Part shown: positions 54,173 to 64,000 of the stretch, piece by piece
How the letters are laid out: the number at the start of each line of letters is the position of its first letter
How positions within the stretch are numbered: position 1 is the first letter of the stretch
Assembly (NCBI GenBank): GCA_965235115.1
Contig: OZ249439.1
Location: 7,440,001 to 7,504,000 of the forward strand
Source of the DNA: Laetmonice hystrix
Lineage: Eukaryota
DNA: 64,000 bases
Reading direction: 5' to 3'
Program-made: the position numbers and the translations under genes
Notes under the pieces: model-generated
The model's database searches: none
What the model was told of the DNA's origin: nothing
The model's input: the letters and a program-made list of their open reading frames with translations, nothing else

Positions 54173-57100
54173 ATGGCCCTCGCCCGGCACATGGCGATTG
54201 AACGGAGGTGAGTAGATCAATCAAGTTAAAGTGGATCATCGATCATGTTAATATTTGTCAAAGTCCCAGGTAAATATAACTGGTACTTTGGCTTTATTGT
54301 GTCTCCCGGCCCATTTCATGTTTATTTATTATGATACAAAGCAAGCGGCCAAATATGAAATACAAATTAAGTGAATCAATTCAAGATGAAATGATCTCTT
54401 TTCCAGTACCCGGTAGCCTGAAATAGCAGTATATAGTGCTGTTACTGGACGAGTACCAGGGCAGTCTTTTTCAAATAGATCTGTAAATGTACCGTACGGT
54501 ACCCCGGTAGTGAGAACCTCAAATTTTTCTTGTCCTTTTCCTGTCCAGTGCTGATTTCTGGTAAGAACAGTATTATTGCAAACAGAACGTTAAGCATCAT
54601 GCAGCTAGCCAGAGTTATAATTATAGGCTCACAATTATCGGATGAGAATGATGTCACATTCTTATACAGAGCACTGGTCTATGTTAATTTAGACATTTGT
54701 TTTTTTTTATTCAAGCATTTACCTGAATGATTAGCATGACAGACAAATATATCAGACATGAGAGTGAATGCAAAAATTTGGAAAATAGTTGGAAACCTTG
54801 TTTTTGAATTAGTACTTGGGTTCATGCAAGGTCAGAAAAAATCAGATTTCGAGATTTTTTGAAAATCAGAACACTCTCATCCCTGATAATATGCATATGA
54901 TATTATATTCACCTTTAAAACTGCTTGCATTATGTAGAGTCTTAAGTTTTTCTAAACAAAATTTGTAGGTCAATGATCGTTGATTCTTAAATTGCAGGCC
55001 TGCATGAGCCTAGATATTACATTATTTGGACACATGCATGGTAATTAGATAACTTTCCTAGAATGTGAGAGTGAGTCTTTAGCTTGAAAAACTCTAAATT
55101 GTGCAGAAAAACTTTTTAAAAAAGAACAGTAAAAATGGACACCTTTTATTTCACCCTTGATCCATATATTGTTTCAAGCAAACCAAGCGTGTGTTATATG
55201 ATGAATAGAACTCCTAAGAAAATGACATAAGCCAGTTGAATGAAGATCCATTGGAAATTTCCCCATTATAAAAAGCTATTATATATATTTGACATCTCAT
55301 TAATTAGGTCTCAAAATGTAGGTTAAAAATGTTAATTATTCAGTTCATTCATCTTATTTTTTCACCATTACATTGCATTGTCATGGCAGACTGCTAGAGC
55401 TTGCTCAGGACAATGAAGATTTGGATGCAGACATAACCAAGCTAGAGGATACATTCAAGCAACACAACACGTTGACATCAGATAAAGATAATCCATTGAC
55501 ACCTTTAAGGTAAATCTATGAGAAGTGACTCTTGTAATTTCCACCTTCTAGTGAAAAAATAAATCTAAGCCAATTTTTCTATTGAATAAACCTGAAAGTA
55601 ATTAGTTCTCAAATTATCAAAACGTTACTTTTAATAGATTTCTAGATAAAGCAAGTTGCAACAAAAAGAAACTTTTCTGCATTTCACATGATTCTCAGAA
55701 CAGCAGTTCTGACATGGCTAAGCCTAAAGGAGGCATGCTAGATACATTCATTACCAGAAATACATTGTGTCATTTCTGTTGTAGGAAGGAGATTGGAGGT
55801 TCAGTATGGAAGCAAGGATTACAAGGAAAACTTAAGGTTTACAGGAGTTCACAAGATGTACAGGACAATCCAAGACCTCTAAAAACAATGATACCAGTTT
55901 CAATCCTTCGAAACCCATTGACTTCTGGACAAAGGTCCAGATATGGGCTTACAAGTAAGGAGAAACCTGTAGAATCTATGAAATTTGCAGCAAATGGAAG
56001 CACACCTTCAGAAGAACGGGATCAAGGATCTAAGAAACAACCATTGAAGGGCAATACCCAAGCAGAAGGTAATGGAGATGTTTCCAGAGAAAAATCAATT
56101 AAGACTAAACCCACAGATTCCAAGGAAAGACAGGACGATGAGGGTGAAGTTTCTGTAGAGAAACGGATGCATGCATCTAGGACCACGTCTCGTAACCCAA
56201 GGATACATCAGAGATCACAGTCATTGAACAGACAGAGATCAAAATCACTAACAGATCCAGAAAAAACAAAGGTGGCAGATGATTGTGGGATTACTGAGCA
56301 AAAGCAGATTTCTTCAAACAGTCTGAGAAAGGGTAGGTCTTTCACAGGTCTTGCCTTAGGCACTTCGTCAGTGTCTGACTCCGAAGATGATCATTTATTT
56401 GATCCTAATTTTGAAAAGAAATCTTATGAAGAAAGAGTTACTGCTATGAAAGAAAAGGTACTGAAGAAAATGCTTCACAAGACAGACTTACAGAACAAAC
56501 TGAAAGACTTTAAGAAACACCCAAAAGTAAAAAAAGAAAAAGTGGATGTAACATCAGAAATACCACTGCAAACGAATAGTTCCAATGGACGGCGGAGAAC
56601 TGAAGCTCGGCATGCTTCTCTCAACAATAAATCTAATGACCAGATTGAATCAGTAAAGAGTGATAAGTCATCAACTCCTGAAGGGAAAGAAAGTAGTCCA
56701 GAGCAGTCAGAAGATCTAGAAGGCCTCCAGATCCAGGAGTGGTTGAGGGGCCTGGAACTGAAGGAAGCTAGCAGGTATACTGAGATATTACGAACTCATG
56801 GAGTCACCATGGACGGCGTGAGGAAACTCAAGGAGAAAGACCTCCAGGCCATGGGAATACATTCCTACCTTGTGCTCAACAGGCTTCTCGGTGGAATCAA
56901 AGACTTGAGGATTGCACAAGGATTACGTCGAGAAAGCAAGAGTGACACCAATAGCTACTCTAGTGGAACAAAAGACACCCTGTCCCTGCACTTTACTGAG
57001 AGCTCTGTCTCAAATAGTGAAAGGGAATGTAGTCCCTTGGATAATAAATCCAGGAAGTCAGAAACCCCAGGTGAAGAGGACTCTCAGGGAAAGCGAACAT

Positions 57101-60100
57101 TTTCAAAAACAAATTCCCCAAAGAAACCACCATGGGGCTCTGGTATTGGATCAAGATCCAACACAAAGATCAAACCAACTTCAAAACCATCATCTGAGAC
57201 GAGACCCAGAACATGTAAGCATTGTATAGAGACCATTTCATGAGTATTCAGTCTTGACCTCAAAGAGGTTTCAGGTTAGTTGTTAATTATGGCCTGTGAT
57301 GTTTGAGTCAATAATTACTGAATATGTTTTAAGTAAGCCCAAATGACTATTACAATGGGCCTACATAATAATTCAGTTCCAATGTTATTCCCTTAGGCCC
57401 GGGTTCCATGTCCAATGAAACCACCCAAAAACATCCACAAGCAGCATGGGGGAGGACTACACAGTCAGAGCCACAGGTTGGTAAATATAAGCCAGGCCTG
57501 GGCTTGACATGCACTGCTTTGTGTCTCTCAGACTTGGCAAACTTTTCTTTGTCTTGATCATGGACACTATTACTATTTTCCCATTCTTAGATATGCCATG
57601 TCCCAAAGAAAACTTTCTGTGTTTTGTTCTAGTCTTCTGAATCAAGTGAGGAGACCTTAGAAGATGAAGAGAGGACGGAAGTGAAAGTGTTGACGATTAA
57701 ATCTCGCCCACAGCCTCCAAGTCAAGAGACTAAATCTATCAGTTCTCAGCGAAGCCCACGCACTCGACTCTACCGTAGACCTGCACCCGTCCGCAAGAGC
57801 CTTGCACTCCCAGTGGCTTCATTTGATGTTCGAGATGATACCACAAGTTTATGTAAGTTAAACGGGGAGGATTACCATTAAAGTAAAATCTTTATGAAAT
57901 TGTAATTGTCTAGATACTTGGCAGATGGTCGTTATGTGGTGAAAGGAGATAAAAATGTTTGCCACTTATATATCAGTTTGATTTGATGTATTAGTAAAGT
58001 TGACATGATCATGTTATTTTAATTAGTCCTGAGATATTGCGTCAGGGATACCGAATAACGATAAGCAAATGATATCAAGCTTATGTAACCAGCCCTACTA
58101 TAAAAGTGGAGTAAGTAGTATATGAAAAGTGAAATTTTATTCAGGCTGCCTTGACATGTTCACATCTCAGAGACCTACATTATGTCTCCCAGGAGATGAA
58201 AAAAATCACATACTCACATATAAGTGACATAGTAATTTCCATTCCCAGTAGGTGGAGCAGAGGGGAATAAGTTAAAAGTTCCGGATCAGGATAAAGATAA
58301 AAGTTTACAAGGATCACCACAACAAGATGTGTCGCCACGTACTACCACAGCCCAGACAGCATTCCAGGCCATGGAATCTCAGGTGAGAACTACCTCAGGA
58401 TCCATGGCACCTGTCGACTCCCATTCAATATGCTGTGGTATTGTAATTTGATATATCTAGAGGTCACCAGGGAACAGTGGTCTATCAACATTGTGGTCTG
58501 TTTACTGTGGTCTAATTAACACAACTTGCCCATCAGCCACTTGTCCTGACACCAAGTCTGCATTAAGGATCATTCTAATCCTGACACCAACTCTCCATTA
58601 CGGATCATTCTAACCTTGTCTTAATTCTCCTTCAGATTCACATCCTACAGGAGCAGGTGGCTGTCACCGGGGACCAGGCGACTACAGACATGATCTGCCA
58701 ACTGCAGCAGCAGCTTGGACAGCTTCAGAACGCTGTGATCCAAGACCATACCACCACCAGCACCACCAGAAGCACCACTCCAGGCATCATAAAAACAACC
58801 CAGGGTAACAAACAAACTGGTCCTGGAAACCTCATCACGGCAGCATTACAAGGTAACCTCCGCCCAGTCAGCAGCAGAGTAGCACCACCACCACAACCAC
58901 CATCACCACCACCAGTACCACCACCACCGATCCCACAGGACCCACTTCAGGACCAAGATCACCATCAGACATTTCCAGGTGATTTTCTTCAAGCTAACCA
59001 TCAGTCAAAGAGATCACCGAATGGTCTATTGTTTTATCTTGTGTAAAATAATCATGAAAACGTTTTAGATGTAAAAGGGCATACCAAAACAGCTTCTGTG
59101 AGAATAGAAAGGTGACTAGAAGATAACTCCAACTTGTTTTGCCACAGCCTACACAACAACTATTGATGTGATTTGGTGGTGAGAGGGTTCTTTATTGATG
59201 AGCTAAAAGAGTGTTTACCAGGGTCCCTGTACACAAGCATATTTTGTAGTCAGAATTTAAACTTCCATTATCTAGATGAGGACTGGTCAGATCATGAGGG
59301 AAATGTTGTCTCTCCGACGAAACCCATGACCAGGCCAACGTCTGGCTCCACTGTAAGTGGAGGTCAACGGAGGTCACAGGGGTCAACTCCTTCCAAGGTC
59401 AAAGGATCCATACTCAGCCTGTCGATGAGCAAACAACAGATCCTGAAGGAAGTTCGCAAACAAACTGAAGAACACCGACGTACAGTCAGGTGAAGGAACT
59501 AATAAATCACAAAAACGTTTTGTCCATTGCTGTGACAAAGTCAGGTGACTGTTTAACAGCGTCACTCTTAACTCTGTTTAACAGCGTCACTCTTAACTCC
59601 TCTTATCTATAACTCAATAACCAGAACGTTTGGCTCTATCTTCTTGGGAAAACTTATTGTTACATGATGTTAAGAATAATGTTTGCGTCCTGTTGTAGAA
59701 ATATTCATAATCTGATTAACTTTGTTTTAGACATCTTGAGTCAGAGTTGTCACGGCTTAAACACAAAGATCCACTGAAGGCATGTGAGATTCCCGCAGAG
59801 GAGGTGATCTTTGATGAGGAAGGTGGGTGAAATATAAAGGACTTAATTTTGATCAGATACACCAGTAAATTGAAGGTTAACAGAACCATGTAGATAGCGT
59901 ACCATTATTCGTGTGCCTGATGTTTTTTCCCTTCCAGATTTAATTGGAGAGGGAGCCTTCTCCAAGGTCTTTCACGGAGTGTTTCAAGGGTCAGAGGTTG
60001 CGATTAAGAGATTAAACGTACCACTCAACTCTCAGGACAAAAACTATTTCACAGCAGAGGTACACCATTTCATACCATGTTTAAGAGTATAAGAATATGC

Positions 60101-62535
60101 AGTCACTATAAGTTCCGATTATTTACTCTTGGATAGCTAAATTTTTGCCTCAGTCACCTCCGTGTAAATGTGCCTAAATTGTTCTAGGTGAACCTACTGC
60201 GTGAATTGAGACATCCTCGAGTTGTTCTACTGATGGGCGTGTGTACCACATCACAGCGCCCCCTAATGGTTCTTGAGTACATGAACGCAGGCAGTCTCTA
60301 TGGTTATCTCCACGACAAAAACAAGTAAGGATAACCCACTGTGGAGAGGTATCCACAGCAAGCTGTGTTCAATCAGCTCATTGTTTATATCTTTCTCGTC
60401 CTTTCTTAATTTGTTGTCCGTGTCTGACGTTCGAATGATATTTAACCTACTCTTCCATCAGACCATCCCTGGATCATGCAGCCTATTATTTAGTGGCACG
60501 TGACATTGCCTTAGGCATGAACTACTTACACCGGCATCGACCAACCGTCCTTCATCTTGACCTCAAGTCGATGAATGTCCTCCTCACCAACCACCTTCAT
60601 GCCAAGATTGCAGACTTTGGTTTCTCAAAGCTCAGGTAAAAACATGCAACGGAGAACTGCAGTTTCTTGAAAGAGTGTGACTGCATTTCATCCATGTCAT
60701 GTCTTTCTACGTACGAAATAAAACACAAATTTGAATCCTGAATAAGAGCTGAGCCATTTCCGCATGAAATGTGAGTACGTCAAGCTATTGATATACCTTA
60801 AAATTTCTCTGAAACTCTTCACCAAATAATGAAATGATGGAATGTAGCCCATATTGGTATATAGCAGGATAGAAAGCTGACCATCCTGGAACATGATTTC
60901 AGTAAAAATTAATCTTTTTTCCCCATCGGATTTGACAATCAGACATGATGCAGAAGTTGTGATGTCAGAGAGAGGAGGCTTGAAGGGGACACCCTCGTGG
61001 ATGGCTCCAGAACTCCTAGACACAGGTGACATCACACCCAAGGCAGACGTGTACAGCTATAGCATCATCTTGTGGGAGATGGTGACACGCAGCCACCCGT
61101 ACCCAGGCTGTTCCATGTTCCAGGTCTGTAAAACCCACATAAACACCAGCCAGCATGTCAACTGGGACAATGTGCTTCCATTTCAGGCTTTTCTATCATG
61201 GTCCGAGATTTTGAATTGAAAGCTCTTCAGGGAATATTTTTCTAACTTTGTTCTATCTTTTACTTTTAACTTCGTCTTTAACATGCATGTGCTTGCCTTG
61301 AAGATAACTTGGCCGACATGGTGTCAAATCAGCAGTACTCTCTCACTTAGTCACCATTACTCTGAAACCCACATAGATATTGAATGTAGACTTTGTTTAG
61401 GTGTTGGAGCGTGTTCGTACCAGAAAGCGACCTACCATACCCACGGATTGCCCTGATGGACTGGTTGCACTCATCATTCAGTGCTGGGATCATCTCCCAA
61501 CAAAACGTCCAACATTTGAGGTAAGCATGCCTTTCTAGTTCTCTCCGTCATGATGAAACATGTGGTGTAAACTGTATGAGTAGAAACGTTTTCTAGTGTT
61601 AGCAAACTGGTGTTGATGCGTTGGTACATGATCTGGTATGTTGATAAAAGTAGGTTTCCAAACTTTGCTTCTAGTTTTAGAGTTCCCTGCCACAATACAC
61701 ACAATTCAAAACAGAATTACTCAAGAAATTCCGTTTTATTACTTATTAGATTATCTTGAACAAACTGGAAGAGCTCCAGTTCCCCAGGGAGTGGAAGTCT
61801 CTGTTTGCTGCAGCAGGAATACCCCAAGATGCACTTGATGACCTCGAGGCCACAAGGACCCTAATTAACATTGTCACAGAGACTGTGTCGGGAGATATCC
61901 TCGATACAAACGGTTCTGTTGTGAACCATTGTCAATCTGACACTGACCCAAGATCCAAGGAAAGAACGAAAGCGTCAAGGTCACGGGTGTCATCAGATCC
62001 AAGGTCAAACACTCCCTACCAGGACAGTGCAAGCGTCCCCCGTGGGAAAGGCAAACGGACATCTGTGAAGAGTTCCGCTGGAGATAAAAATTCCTCGGCT
62101 GCAAGGCTGCCTCCTCCGGCACCACCCCCACCAATGGCGCCCCCACCACCACCACCACCACCGTTACCACCACAACAGGTGCTGCCATCTAGCACACAGC
62201 CACCTGCGACAACCGACTTTTTGCTGGCATTGAAAGCAGGCATTCAAGATGTCAGACTGAAGCGAACTGAGAGAGACCCCGATAAGACAAACCAGCCATC
62301 CACGGGTTTCCTTATCGCAGCCTCTGAGCTGCAGCAGAGGAAGAATGAGCTGAAGCCCGTCCAACATCCACACCCGAGCTGTCTACAGGACCTGAATGGA
62401 GTCAGTAAGGGCACAATCAGTGGACTGACCGACGTCCTCAGACGGGCTGTGAATGAACGCAGGGTGGCACTCAACGAGTACAGCAGCAGTGATCAATCAT
62501 GTACAGACAGCGTCTGGTCGGTGGGCGACTGGTAA
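54173..62535 (+). CDS. Coiled-coil / SAM / TKL protein kinase with a C-terminal WASP-like GBD-polyproline-WH2-WH2-C-A module, about 1395 aa, 15 coding exons
   Basis: Exons 54173-54207, 55390-55509, 55785-57214, 57397-57476, 57633-57852, 58249-58382, 58636-58978, 59276-59489, 59731-59822, 59938-60059, 60188-60324, 60462-60635, 60943-61123, 61401-61520, 61750-62535; all GT-AG, phases consistent, 4188 nt. SAM: IQEWLRGLELKEASRYTEILRTHGVTMDGVRKLKEKDLQAMGI. Kinase: IGEGAFSKV, VAIK, FTAEV, HLDLKSMN, DFG, GTPSWMAPE, DVYSYSIILWEM, CWDHLPTKRPTF. The 5' exons are less certain than the kinase and C-terminal exons. Confidence 0.85.
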
Positions 62536-62547
62536 CTCCTGCTCACT

Positions 62548-62866
62548 CAGTAAGTGATTGGTAATCATTAATTAACACTGGTTAGTGAGTGATTGGTAAA
62601 CAGTAATAAACACTGGTTAGTGAGTGATTGGTAACCAGTAATGAACACTGGTTAGTGAGTGATCGGTAAACAGTAATGAACACTGGCCAGCGAGTGATTG
62701 GTAACCAGTACTGACCACTGGTCCGTTAAAAGTGATTGGTAACCAGTAAGGAACACTGACCAGCAAGTGATTTGTCATCAGTCATCAACACTGCTCAGTT
62801 AGTGAATGGTAACCAGTAAGGAACACTGGGCAAGTGATATCGGTACCCAGTACTGACCTCTGGTAG
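62548..62866. repeat. 35-bp degenerate tandem repeat, about 9 copies, directly after the kinase stop codon
   Basis: Unit about gagtgattggtaaccagtaatgaacactggttagt; period 35 between 62587 and 62622. Confidence 0.9.
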
Positions 62867-64000
62867 GTTAGTGGTCAGAATGATAGAGAAGTACTGGGAG
62901 GTTGGGAGAGGAGAACCAGGGGCCATCCCCATTAGAATTCCTGATGCTTAATGCAGTAAAACTGTACATGTACGTGTACACATGTGTATAGAAAACAGAC
63001 AGCCCTGTTAGAAAACCCAGTGCCGGGAAACTATGAAGGAGATTGATTTTCCTGCACATGATTGATAGAGAATAGTGAACAGACTTGATTGAGTCTTACT
63101 GTCCATCGATTACTCAACTCCTGTTTGGGATACTCTCAGTGTCCACACCTCTCGGCTGCACTGGAAAGTGATATTGCTTAGTAATGTTTAAATACTGCTA
63201 CATTTATTACAACATGGGATCGGGGTTATATACAACACATACTCAGCGATTCTGTTTCAATTTTTCCCCTCCAATTAAAAGAATCTTGACAACTGACCTG
63301 TAAAAGAATATGCATCATGTTCTTTTTATATCACAGTTTTTAAGAAAGAAGGAAAAAAGAGAGAAAGCTTGTAACCTAGGGTGACCGTACTCGTGTCTGT
63401 AAGAGGACAGATTTCAAATTGAGATTGTATACAATGTAAATGGTTGTTATTAACTTATGCAGAAGTCAGTGCTATGACTCCACCATTATGTGATGTAGGT
63501 ACCGCTTCAGTGCCACGTTAGAGCATGTCCAACTACCCACCCTTCTACATGAAAAGCAAGGCTATTGCATCTTATCCTCTTCACAAACAAGGCGTGAAGA
63601 CATGAAAAAATAATGAAAAAAAAAAATCTTTTGAAATACACGTTCATTTAGCTTAAACCTATATTATATTATATGTAAATGTTACAAATGTTGAGTCACA
63701 ATGTTACTGTTTAGATTATGTACAGAGCACCAGACTGTGGATCTCATGCTGGTATCAAATGTTGCCAATAGATAGAAATTAAGAATATTCAGGTAAAATG
63801 CCACCTTGCGACCACCAAATCCGCCAATAATCTAGCTTGCCGGGGATATTACCCCAAACAACAGCATTGGAATGTAAACATTTTACCGAGTTTTTAACGC
63901 AGTGTGTTACTGTTTCCATGTTTGATGGGCACACTCAGGGTGAAGCTTAGTTACTGAAAGTCAAGCGCAAAGTTTGAAACCTCATTTTCACCCCACATAT

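Noticed and set aside
55714-55784. ORF-track N-terminus MAKPKGG... as the kinase start
   Set aside because: An in-frame acceptor at 55783-55784 joins upstream coiled-coil exons with correct phase, so this stretch is probably intronic; an alternative start cannot be excluded.

Overview
Spliced invertebrate metazoan genomic DNA, probably spiralian or mollusc-like (inferred from the Smad sequence and repeat types). No rRNA, intact tRNA or CRISPR array was found. Gene models were built by hand from GT-AG splice sites and phase continuity. Left to right: (1) the 5' part of a secreted coiled-coil protein gene (minus, 739 to window edge); (2) about 23 kb of repeat- and MITE-rich DNA with an orphan X-box promoter near 20 kb; (3) a BMP-type R-Smad gene (Smad1/5/8, minus, 23916-40435), whose large intron holds a young gag-only Gypsy-like LTR element with a MULE-like element nested in its 3' LTR; (4) GSTCD (plus), head-to-head with Smad; (5) a 9-exon FANCF-like gene (minus); (6) a 15-exon gene of about 1395 aa (plus, 54173-62535). 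The last gene is the most striking object: SAM domain plus a non-RD TKL kinase fused in frame to a WASP-like tail (GBD helices, polyproline, WH2, WH2, central, acidic/Trp). It is a candidate kinase-coupled Arp2/3 nucleation-promoting factor.
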